NCBI RefSeq assembly: GCF_002305855.1
Contig: NZ_CP022163.1
Coordinates: 7,003,765 to 7,067,764 of the forward strand
Source: Melittangium boletus DSM 14713
GTDB lineage: Bacteria; Myxococcota; Myxococcia; Myxococcales; Myxococcaceae
Reading direction: 5' to 3'
DNA length: 64,000 nucleotides
This document shows positions 10,885 through 21,025 of the stretch, piece by piece. The stretch's first letter is position 1. Every line of letters begins with the position of its first letter. Under the pieces are notes generated by a model. It saw only the letters and a program-made list of their open reading frames with translations, did not search any database and had not been told where the DNA came from. The translations under genes were made by a program, and so were the position numbers.

Positions 10885-10929
10885 TGAAGCTCCGCCTCTT
10901 CCTTCTCTCCATGGACACTACCTCTCGTG

Positions 10930-11085
10930 TAGCCGACTTATGCGGTATGTCCACTAAAACGCCTCTCCCGCACTTCATGTGCTCCATGAGCCGTCCAAGA
11001 GCGGGACTCCTGCTGCTCCGTCGCACGCGACTCGCCAGCCGAGCAGCGAACACACAAAGTGCGGGAGAGCCACTAAAGCGGGGCA
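10930..11085. repeat. MITE-like element copy A (terminal inverted repeats CCGYTTTAGTGGCTCTCCCGCACTTT)
   Basis: Left arm 10933-10970 ('ctaaaacgcctctcccgcacttcatgtgctcc'). Right arm 11043-11070 ('acaaagtgcgggagagccactaaagcgg') is its reverse complement. Second copy at 57787-57967. Confidence 0.5.
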
Positions 11086-11108
11086 GGCTCACCCCGAGGT
11101 GCTACGTG

Positions 11109-12137
11109 ATGCGTTGTTCACTGGTGCTGCTCTGCTTGGCCCTGATGGGGTGTGGCGGCGCTGCTCCAAGCGTCCGTCATACGCCGGATGAGCAGAGGCG
11201 CTGTGTATATGTCCCGTCCCGTGACGAGGCGGCCGGAGCCTGGAATGAGACGGTGCCCTCCGCTCACGCGGGTGTGAACGTGGTGCTTGTCGCGGCGACG
11301 GCGGGGGCTTCGCCCGTGGCTCCCCCTGCCCCAAGTCCGGCTCCTGCCCTGGAATGGCTGTCGGGTGAGGGGTTGGGGAACGGCATTCCCCGGGGCGTGC
11401 TCCGGTTGGTGCCTGAAGGAGGCGCGGGCGCGGAGGTAGGGGCTGGCGGAGCCGCAGGGGAGACGGTGGTGGTGGGGGGAGCGTTCGTCGCAGCCGTTGG
11501 CAGTGGGCTGCTGGTCTGCCTGACGGCTCGTGCGGCCCTGGATGGGGAGAAGACCCCCATCGAGATTGCGGACGAGTATTACGGCACACACTTCGGAGAC
11601 GTGATGGGGTGGGTTCAAGGTCAATACCCGGCCCAGGTTCCTCCTCCTGGCGCAGCGCCCAGGTCGAAACCCGACGAGAGCACCGGCAAGAGGCTGGGGC
11701 GCATCTATGTCACCTACACAAAGCTCAATAAGATGACCCACCGCTACTACGCGGGGCGGACCAGCATGGTCGTCGATCTTGCTGTGTCCCTCGAATTTCA
11801 GGCCGCACTGGCGGTTTTCCTCCGAGACAGAAACCACCACCTGGACGAGAATGCTGAACCGGGTGGCGCCATGTTCGGCTTGGCGCAGACTGATCGATTT
11901 GATGTCGGCACCGGGGTTGACTATAGCCGTCGATACGACGACGTCGCTTACTGGCGGATTCGCGGGAGAGAGCAGCAGTTGATTGATTCCCTTGGAGGAG
12001 CCCACGCTGACACCGGAGCGCCTTATCGCACCGAGAACGCCGTACGCGGCGTGGCGAAAGAAAATCCACAAGGCAGAAGGTTCCACTCCGCCGCGACGGA
12101 GTTGTGGGGCCAACTTCACCCTTACACGGGATACTAG
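11109..12137 (+). CDS. Lipoprotein, candidate OME-delivered (SitA-like) polymorphic toxin; function of C-terminal domain unknown
   Basis: Start ATG 11109 (GTG 11106) preceded by GAGGTG, lying inside the right arm of the MITE-like element. Lipobox 'LLCLALMGCGG'. Ala/Gly/Pro-rich linker, then a globular C-terminal domain. Followed 3 nt later by a small low-GC ORF. Confidence 0.55.
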   Translation: MRCSLVLLCLALMGCGGAAPSVRHTPDEQRRCVYVPSRDEAAGAWNETVPSAHAGVNVVLVAATAGASPVAPPAPSPAPALEWLSGEGLGNGIPRGVLRLVPEGGAGAEVGAGGAAGETVVVGGAFVAAVGSGLLVCLTARAALDGEKTPIEIADEYYGTHFGDVMGWVQGQYPAQVPPPGAAPRSKPDESTGKRLGRIYVTYTKLNKMTHRYYAGRTSMVVDLAVSLEFQAALAVFLRDRNHHLDENAEPGGAMFGLAQTDRFDVGTGVDYSRRYDDVAYWRIRGREQQLIDSLGGAHADTGAPYRTENAVRGVAKENPQGRRFHSAATELWGQLHPYTGY

Positions 12138-12139
12138 GG

Positions 12140-12595
12140 ATGCCGCGAATCTACAAACCGGGCTCGTTCTTGAGAATCCCCCTTGCCGACGGCTCCTTCG
12201 GTTACGGCAGGGTGCTCAAACTGCCGCATGATGCCTATTACGATTACAGGACCGACACTCCAGATTCCGATCTGGAGCGGATTGCCTCCAAGCCTATCCT
12301 TTTCAAGATCATGGTTCGCCATATGGAGGAGAGGGCATGGGAGTTCATTGGGTGGAAAAAGCTGGAGGAGCAGTTTTCTCAACCGGTCGTCCAGTTCATG
12401 CAGGACATTGGGAACCTCCGCGACTGCACGATCTTCGACACCGTCGGCAATTCGAGGCGCGCGGAGCCCCAGGAGTGTGTGGGACTTGAGCGCTCGGCTG
12501 TCTGGGAAGAGGTGGGAGTCGAGCAACGCCTGCTCGACTCCTTCATGGGGCGGCCCAACGATGACGTGGAGCGCGTGAAGGTGCGCCTGAAATAG
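12140..12595 (+). CDS. Small cytoplasmic protein, candidate immunity protein (Imm-like)
   Basis: 152 aa, no signal peptide, N-terminus 'MPRIYKPGSFLRIPLADGSFGYGRVL'. GC ~55% versus ~69% background. Tightly coupled to the upstream lipoprotein. Confidence 0.5.
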   Translation: MPRIYKPGSFLRIPLADGSFGYGRVLKLPHDAYYDYRTDTPDSDLERIASKPILFKIMVRHMEERAWEFIGWKKLEEQFSQPVVQFMQDIGNLRDCTIFDTVGNSRRAEPQECVGLERSAVWEEVGVEQRLLDSFMGRPNDDVERVKVRLK

Positions 12596-12734
12596 GCACG
12601 CGCATAGGAGCGGACGCGGCTCAAAGCGGCGGGTTGTTCTGCGTGGAAGCGGCGGGAATCGAACCCGCCGCGCTCGGCCTCTCCGAGTCTCCGGGCATTC
12701 CGGAACCGCTGCCGTGGGAACCGGAGTGTCGTGA

Positions 12735-14084
12735 CTAGCCGATGCGGCCGATGGTGGCGCCCCGCTCGTAGACGGTGATGGGGCCATCCTCGGAGACGTT
12801 GATGGCCACGCCCCGGAAGCTCGCCCGCCACGCCGCGAGCGCCCGGGCTCCGGGCATGCTGGGCTCGCGCAGCCCCAGCCGGGCGATCTCCCTGGGGCTC
12901 GAAATCATGCAGGCGATGTCCAGCACGCTGCCGTCCTTGTCGAGCACCACGGCGCCGTCCGTGGCGGCCGCCGCGGTGATGACCTGGCGCTGCGCCCAGA
13001 CGGAGATGTTCTGGCCCCTCAGGCTGCGGCGCAGGTGGGAGTTGGCCGCGAGCGCGTGTCCATGGTCGGGGATGAAGTCCGTCAGATCCTCGCGCGAGTC
13101 GAGCAGGCAGAAGAGGGCCCCCGTGCGCTCGAAGGACAGGTCGATGGCGGCCCGGAGCACGCCGATGACCACGTCCTCGCGGAAGCGCAGGGACAGCCGC
13201 TCGTGCAGGGCCTCGTAGTCGAGCACGCGCCAGTGGCCGTGGGTCTTCTGGAAGACGGAGCCCTTGCCACTGAGGATGAACAGGTCTCCCTGCGGCGAGG
13301 CCACGAGCGCCACGTCATGCGCGGAGTGGCCGAGCACGGCCTGCACGGGGACGAGCGTTTCGTGCGGGGCGTAGCGCAGGGCGGCGTCGTTGCGGTCCAC
13401 CTCGGCGAGCGAGATGAAGCCGATGATGTTGCCGGAGTGCATGCTGCCGAGCAGCGCCACGCGGCGGCCATCCACCACGGTGCGGATCCACTTCTCGCGC
13501 AGGAGCGCGTTCTCGATGGAGATGCCGCCCGGCAGGGGGATGAACTTGTTCTGCAGCTTCTGCACGAGCTTGGGCGCCTTGCGCGCGACGATGAGGCAGT
13601 GGCGCACGGCGCGGCCCTCGTAGGTGAGGGCCATGGAGTCCTCCACGGCGCGGATCCAGTTGGACATCTGGTGCGGCCGGTAGTTGAGGAAGCGCGCCAC
13701 GGCGCGGCGCAGGCGCGTCTGCTCGAGCGAGGCCCAGTGCTCGTTGAGCGGCAGGGCGGCGGAGACGTGGGTCAGGTCGTCGTTGAAGACGCGGCAGAAG
13801 GCTCGCGCGAAGTGGCTGTCGCTCGTGCGCACCGGGCGCCACAGGTCGATGAGGAGCCCCGCCTGGGGCGTGGGTTGATCGAAGTAGAGCAGGGCGGCGA
13901 GCCGTGTCTCGTCGAGCGGCACCACCTTGGGCTTGAGCGCCGCGCGAGGGCCCAGCGCCTCGATCTGCGCGGCGAGGTCCGCCGCCGACAGCGAGGACGT
14001 GGTGCTGCCCGGGAAGATGTCCTTGAAGGCATTGGCCAGCGAGGCGAGTGCATCGACGATGACCAGGGGCCTGCGCGTTCGCAT
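12735..14084 (-). CDS. DAC (diadenylate cyclase)-like domain protein with ~300-aa unknown N-terminal region; RHR motif degenerate
   Basis: C-terminal ~150 aa align to the DisA_N/CdaA DAC fold ('TDGAVVLDKDGSVLDIACMI', 'GARALAAWRAS...VAINVSEDGPITVYERG' versus CdaA 'GTRHRAA...VVSEETG'). The DGA motif is kept, but RHR is replaced by ARA. Confidence 0.65.
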   Translation of the reverse strand: MRTRRPLVIVDALASLANAFKDIFPGSTTSSLSAADLAAQIEALGPRAALKPKVVPLDETRLAALLYFDQPTPQAGLLIDLWRPVRTSDSHFARAFCRVFNDDLTHVSAALPLNEHWASLEQTRLRRAVARFLNYRPHQMSNWIRAVEDSMALTYEGRAVRHCLIVARKAPKLVQKLQNKFIPLPGGISIENALLREKWIRTVVDGRRVALLGSMHSGNIIGFISLAEVDRNDAALRYAPHETLVPVQAVLGHSAHDVALVASPQGDLFILSGKGSVFQKTHGHWRVLDYEALHERLSLRFREDVVIGVLRAAIDLSFERTGALFCLLDSREDLTDFIPDHGHALAANSHLRRSLRGQNISVWAQRQVITAAAATDGAVVLDKDGSVLDIACMISSPREIARLGLREPSMPGARALAAWRASFRGVAINVSEDGPITVYERGATIGRIG

Positions 14085-14150
14085 CTGGAGGACATCCTAG
14101 GACGGGCGCGGGCCCCCGCACCGTTTCGTTTTCGTGGTGCGGTGCGTTGC

Positions 14151-14888
14151 TCAGGCGCCGCGGGTGGCCGCGTCCACGCGGTCCAGGTACCGGGAAAGCC
14201 GGGAGCGCGCGGAGATCTGATCGCGCTGCCAGGGCGTGATGTCCTGGCGCAGGCTGAAGAGCTGGGCGAACAGGCCCAGGTCGGCGATGGAGAAAGCGCC
14301 CAGCCAGAAGCCCTCCTCGGGGGCGCGGGCCTCCAGCGCGTCGAGCTGGGCCTGGAAGCGCCGCCAACACGCCTCCGGGCCCGCGCGCCAGACATCCCGT
14401 GCCACGACGGCGCTCACGATTTTCTTGCGCATCCGACCGGAGATGAGGCCCCGCAGGGGCGCGGGAATGGGCTTGAAGATCCGGTCGCGGAACCCGGCCC
14501 AGTTGCGATCGTCGGCCCAGCGCGAGGAGATGAAGAAGCCCACCAGCGACGTGTCCGCGAATTCCTCCCACAGGACGGCCTCGGCGGCGAGCTTCGCGTC
14601 CTGGGTCCCGTGGAAGGTGCGCCCCGTGAGGGACTGGAGCCTCAAGAGGATGTCGGTGGAGTCTCCCACGGCTTCGTTGTCCCCGATGAGGAGCACGGGC
14701 GCCTGTCCGGTGGAGTAGTACTTCTTGAAGCTGCCGGGCATGCCGTGGCGGCGCTCATAGGGCAGGCCCAGGTACTTCAGCGCGCGGTGCACCTTCACGC
14801 AGAACGGCGAGTAGCTTTCCAGGCCAGGGATGTCGGTTTCTCCGAGCTCGCACAGCACGAGCTTGGGCAGGGACGAGGGGGTGGTCAT
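14151..14888 (-). CDS. Glutathione S-transferase family protein
   Basis: Thioredoxin-like GST N-domain ('KLVLCELGETDIPGLESYSPFCVKV...PVLLIG') and a helical C-domain. Confidence 0.75.
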   Translation of the reverse strand: MTTPSSLPKLVLCELGETDIPGLESYSPFCVKVHRALKYLGLPYERRHGMPGSFKKYYSTGQAPVLLIGDNEAVGDSTDILLRLQSLTGRTFHGTQDAKLAAEAVLWEEFADTSLVGFFISSRWADDRNWAGFRDRIFKPIPAPLRGLISGRMRKKIVSAVVARDVWRAGPEACWRRFQAQLDALEARAPEEGFWLGAFSIADLGLFAQLFSLRQDITPWQRDQISARSRLSRYLDRVDAATRGA

Positions 14889-14977
14889 GGTGGCTCTTTC
14901 AATCGAATCGCCTCGGGGCGTCAAGCCACGCCTGGGCCTGATACCCTCGCGGCCCCCCTTCCTCCCTGGGAGTTCAC

Positions 14978-16132
14978 GTGACGGAGATAGAGAGCCTGGC
15001 GGCGTTCGAACAACACCTGACGGGTGGCAAAAGCCTCTCCAACGTCATCCTCCAGGGGTTGGACCTGATGGAGCAGGGGGAGGTGTTGCTGCGCGCGGAC
15101 CTCTCGGGCTCCGTCTTCCTGGGCTGCCTGCTGGACGCCAGGATCTTGCAGGAGGTGATCGGGCGGGGCGCCATGGTGTTCCCGCCGTTCTCGGGGCTGC
15201 CCTACTCGCCCTACCGGGGGGGCCTCTACACGCCCGAGGAGCTATACGCGGGCTTCGACCCCGCGCATCCCGAGAGCTACGCGGACACCCCGGACGCCCG
15301 CATCTACGCGCACTGGAACTCGCGAGGAGGGCCCAATCCGCCGTCGATCCTCGAGACCCTGGCGCAGCGGCTCCATGACCACGCCATCAGCGACGCCCTG
15401 GAGGAAGCCCTCATCGACCAGGGCCAGCCACGCCGGGTGGTGGCCATCATGGGCGGCCACTCCATGCTCCGAGGACAGGCGGACTACCGCGCGGTGGCGG
15501 AGCTGGCCCGCGCCCTGGCGCGTCTGGGCTTCTTCCTGGTGAGCGGCGGAGGCCCCGGCGCCATGGAGGCCACGCACCTGGGCGCGTGGTTCGCCGGACG
15601 GAGCGACGGCGAGCTGGACGCGGCGCTCGAGGTGTTGGCGCTGGCGCCGGGCTACAAGCACCGCGAGTGGCTGTCCCGGGCCTTCGAGGTGCGCGCCACC
15701 TGGCCGCTACGGGACGAGGATCGAGCCATCAGCGACAGCCTGGGCATTCCGACCTGGCTCTACGGCCACGAGCCGCCCAACCCCTTCGCCACGCGCATCG
15801 CCAAGTACTTCGCCAACAGCGTGCGCGAGGAGGGCCTGCTCACCATCGCCCAGGGCGGGGTCGTCTACTCGCCGGGCAGCGCCGGCACCGTTCAGGAGGT
15901 GTTCCAGGACGCGTGCCAGAACCACTACAACACGGTGGGCGTCATCAGTCCGATGATCTTCCTGGGCCGCGAGTTCTGGACGAAAACGAGGCCCGTGTAC
16001 CCGTTGCTGGAACACCTCGCCCAGGGGCACGACTACTCACGCTATCTGCTGCTCACGGACTCCCAGGAGGAGATCATCCAGGCGCTCGTGAAGTTCAACC
16101 AGGAGCGCGAGGCCCAGCGCGTCGCGGGTTGA
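14978..16132 (+). CDS. LOG-family Rossmann-fold protein (PpnN/YgdH-like nucleotide 5'-monophosphate nucleosidase family)
   Basis: 'VVAIMGGHSM...GFFLVSGGGPGAMEATHLGA' is the LOG/TIGR00730 'GGGxGxMEA' signature. Has N- and C-terminal extensions. GTG start. Confidence 0.7.
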   Translation: MTEIESLAAFEQHLTGGKSLSNVILQGLDLMEQGEVLLRADLSGSVFLGCLLDARILQEVIGRGAMVFPPFSGLPYSPYRGGLYTPEELYAGFDPAHPESYADTPDARIYAHWNSRGGPNPPSILETLAQRLHDHAISDALEEALIDQGQPRRVVAIMGGHSMLRGQADYRAVAELARALARLGFFLVSGGGPGAMEATHLGAWFAGRSDGELDAALEVLALAPGYKHREWLSRAFEVRATWPLRDEDRAISDSLGIPTWLYGHEPPNPFATRIAKYFANSVREEGLLTIAQGGVVYSPGSAGTVQEVFQDACQNHYNTVGVISPMIFLGREFWTKTRPVYPLLEHLAQGHDYSRYLLLTDSQEEIIQALVKFNQEREAQRVAG

Positions 16133-16212
16133 GTCCGTTGTCGCGTGCGGCGCGACCCCTGTAAGGGTCCGGCGAGTGCTTCGTCAGCCCAGGTGAAAGG
16201 AGCGATTTTCAC

Positions 16213-18582
<2,370 letters not shown>

Positions 18583-18591
18583 CCTCCGCCT

Positions 18592-19194
18592 TCAAGATCG
18601 GGCGCTCTGGCACGAGCAGTCCAGACACCCGCGTGCGGCACACGCGCCGCACGTGTGCTGGAGCCGCGTCTTGAGTGCCTGACGGGCCCGGTGCAGGCGG
18701 ACCATGGCGTTGTTGGGGGTGACTCCCGCCTCTCGCGCCACCTCGGAGACCGGGTGCTCCTCCAGGTCCACCCGCCGCACCATCCGTGCGTACTCGGGCT
18801 TGAGCGAGGGCAACACGCCGTGCAGGCACGCACAAACCTTCGGTTCGGCTCCCGGCTCGGGCTGTACCGCGACGGGCTCCCGGGCCTCACGCTCGAGCAC
18901 CCGGGATTCCGCGTTCCGGTGCCGATAATGGTCGGTCACGGCGTTGCGCAGCAGACGGTAGAACCACGCCACCGCGCGTTCCGTGTCCCGCAGCGATGCG
19001 CCTTTCTCGATCGCCTTGACGTACGCGGCCTGGAGCAAATCCTCCACCACCCTCTCGCTGTCCACCCGGCTCGCCAGGAAGGAGGCGAATCGCGCCCGAT
19101 GGCTCAACAAGGTTCGCAGAACCTCCTCATGCACCGGGGCTTGCTCCGATCCGGTGTCGGACTCGGCGATGGAGGGGAGGGGCGGATTTCTCAT
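18592..19194 (-). CDS. ECF sigma factor with C-terminal Cys-rich extension (CorE-like, putative copper-responsive)
   Basis: Sigma-70 region 2 ('DLLQAAYVKAIEKG...WFYRLLRNAVTDHYR') and region 4 ('VDLEEHPVSEVAREAGVTPNNAMVRLHRARQALKTRL'). C-terminal 'HTCGACAARGCLDCSCQ' plus internal 'VCAC'. Convergent with the Cu-ATPase. Confidence 0.7.
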   Translation of the reverse strand: MRNPPLPSIAESDTGSEQAPVHEEVLRTLLSHRARFASFLASRVDSERVVEDLLQAAYVKAIEKGASLRDTERAVAWFYRLLRNAVTDHYRHRNAESRVLEREAREPVAVQPEPGAEPKVCACLHGVLPSLKPEYARMVRRVDLEEHPVSEVAREAGVTPNNAMVRLHRARQALKTRLQHTCGACAARGCLDCSCQSARS

Positions 19195-19269
19195 GTCGAT
19201 GGGGAAGTATAACGAGGGGCATGGCCCCGGAACCATGCGCGGCCGCTCAGCACGCATGCGAGCAGGACG

Positions 19270-20886
19270 TCATCCCCTCATCAGGTCGGCCCAATTCAAG
19301 TCGAACCGGGCGAGGTACTTGCGCAGCCGATCCGCGTCATTGACGCTCTTCTTCTGGGCCCGGGATTGGGCGAACAGGAGTCGTCCCGCGTCGGAGAGCG
19401 AGCGGGCCTGACGGCACACGGTGAGGACTTCCGCGAGCTGCGCCCGGTCGAACCGATCGAGCGCTTCCGCCCGCTCGGCTCCCAGCACCTCCGTCACCAC
19501 GTCCTCCGCCGGGTGGCGCCGCGTGCCGGGCGTCCACGCGGCGAGCAGCCGCTCCCACTCCTCGTCCACGCCCTCGCGGGTGATGCGTCCTCCCGGCGCG
19601 AGCGTGGCCATGCGCAGCACCGCCGCGTTGAGGTCCCGGAAGTTGCCGCTCCAGCGCGCCTCGGGCGAGGTGGCGAAGCGCAGGAAGTGCTCCTGGGCCT
19701 CCTTGTTCATCGTCACCCGCGTGTCCAGTGCCTGCGAGGCCTGATCCAGCTCGTAGAGCAGGTTGGGGAGGATGTCCTCGGGCCGCTCGCGCAGGGGCGG
19801 CAGGCGGAAGGTCCACAGGTTGATGCGCGCGAGCAGATCCTCCCGGAAGCGTCCGCCCTCCACCTCGGCCAGCAGGTCGCGGTTGGTGCCCGCGAGGAGC
19901 TGGAAGTCGCTCTCCACCTCCTTGTCCGAGCCCACGGGCAGGAAGCGTTTGTCCTCGAGCGCCCGGAGGAGCATGGCCTGCTCGTCCGCGCCGAGCTCGC
20001 CGATCTCATCGAGGAACAACAATCCACCGTGTGCCTGCCGCAGCAGCCCCGGCCGGTCCGCCACCGCACCGGTGAACGCGCCCTTCACGTGGCCGAAGAG
20101 GGCGGACATCGCCCCGTCCCCACGCAGGGTGGCGCAGTTGACGTCCACGAACGGGCCGCTCACGTGCCGCCGGGTCTTCTTGAGCTGGTAGATGCGCTTG
20201 GCGAGCTGGGACTTGCCCGCCCCCGTGGGCCCCATCAGGAGGAGGGGCGCGCGGGAGCTCGTGGCCACCTGTTCGATCCGCTCGATGAGCCGGTTGAAGG
20301 CCGCGTTCCTCGTGTCGATGCCCGCCTTGAGGAAGGACAGGCCCTCGCGCTGCTCCTGCTGGAAGCGGCTCGCCAGCGTGTCGTACTGGGACAGGTCCAG
20401 GTCGATGAGGGCATGCACGCCGGGGCCTCCCTGATCCCTTCCCCCATGCGAGGGCGACGTCTGCACGAGCCGGGCGGGGATGTGGCGGCTCTCCACCAGG
20501 AGGAAGAGGCAGATCTGCGTGATGTGCGTCCCGGTGGTGATGTGGACGAGGTAGTCCTCCTGCTCGGGCTGGAAGGGGTAGGCCTTCGCGTAGTCGAGCA
20601 GCGCGCCGTAGACCTCCTCCAGGTCCCACGGGTTGCGGATGTCCACGGGGGTGGGGCGCACGCGCGTTTCCGGGGACACCTGGGCGATGTCCGCCGTCAC
20701 CGTCTGGGCCAGGTCCGCCTGCGCCGGGGGGTGGAGCAGTTCCAGGCGGTGCACCACCAGATCCTCCTGCTGGCACAGTCCCACGGTGGGCCGCCACCGC
20801 TCCCACCGCTTCGGAGTCCTCCCCGTGTCCAGGGTGGTGCCCAGCATCCCGATCACCACCGTCTCGCGCGCCCGTGTCTTCGCCAT
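19270..20886 (-). CDS. rtcR: Sigma-54-dependent transcriptional regulator RtcR (CARF-like N-domain + AAA+ + HTH)
   Basis: AAA+ sigma-54 activator motifs ('LLMGPTGAGKSQLAKRIY', 'GAFTGA', 'GLLFLDEIGEL', 'RFREDLLARINLWTFRLPPLRERPEDI'). Divergent from rtcBA. Confidence 0.85.
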   Translation of the reverse strand: MAKTRARETVVIGMLGTTLDTGRTPKRWERWRPTVGLCQQEDLVVHRLELLHPPAQADLAQTVTADIAQVSPETRVRPTPVDIRNPWDLEEVYGALLDYAKAYPFQPEQEDYLVHITTGTHITQICLFLLVESRHIPARLVQTSPSHGGRDQGGPGVHALIDLDLSQYDTLASRFQQEQREGLSFLKAGIDTRNAAFNRLIERIEQVATSSRAPLLLMGPTGAGKSQLAKRIYQLKKTRRHVSGPFVDVNCATLRGDGAMSALFGHVKGAFTGAVADRPGLLRQAHGGLLFLDEIGELGADEQAMLLRALEDKRFLPVGSDKEVESDFQLLAGTNRDLLAEVEGGRFREDLLARINLWTFRLPPLRERPEDILPNLLYELDQASQALDTRVTMNKEAQEHFLRFATSPEARWSGNFRDLNAAVLRMATLAPGGRITREGVDEEWERLLAAWTPGTRRHPAEDVVTEVLGAERAEALDRFDRAQLAEVLTVCRQARSLSDAGRLLFAQSRAQKKSVNDADRLRKYLARFDLNWADLMRG

Positions 20887-20888
20887 AC

Positions 20889-20921
20889 GGATAGGAATTT
20901 ATCCCAGAGGATAGGAAATCG
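20889..20921. promoter_or_regulatory. Candidate RtcR upstream activating sequence: palindrome GGATAGGAATTTATCC plus repeated GGATAGGAAAT half
   Basis: 20889-20904 is GGATA-N6-TATCC inverted repeat. 20909-20919 repeats GGATAGGAAAT. ~60 bp upstream of the sigma-54 promoter. Confidence 0.4.
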
Positions 20922-20955
20922 GGCGCGGAAAGACGCTCCCCCTGGGGAGAAGCGT

Positions 20956-20971
20956 TGGCACGCGCCCTGCT
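20956..20971 (+). promoter_or_regulatory. Sigma-54 (-24/-12) promoter for rtcBA
   Basis: TGGCACgcgccCTGCT matches TGGCAC-N5-TTGCW (GG at -24, GC at -12). ~55 bp upstream of the rtcB ATG. Confidence 0.6.
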
Positions 20972-21025
20972 CTACCCCTCCCCGTGCCCGGCGGGACCGG
21001 GCGGACACTTCCGAGGGAGCAGGCC

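Noticed and set aside
13035-14981. 648-aa plus-strand ORF
   Set aside because: Antisense to the DAC-like and GST genes. Typical high-GC open-frame artefact.
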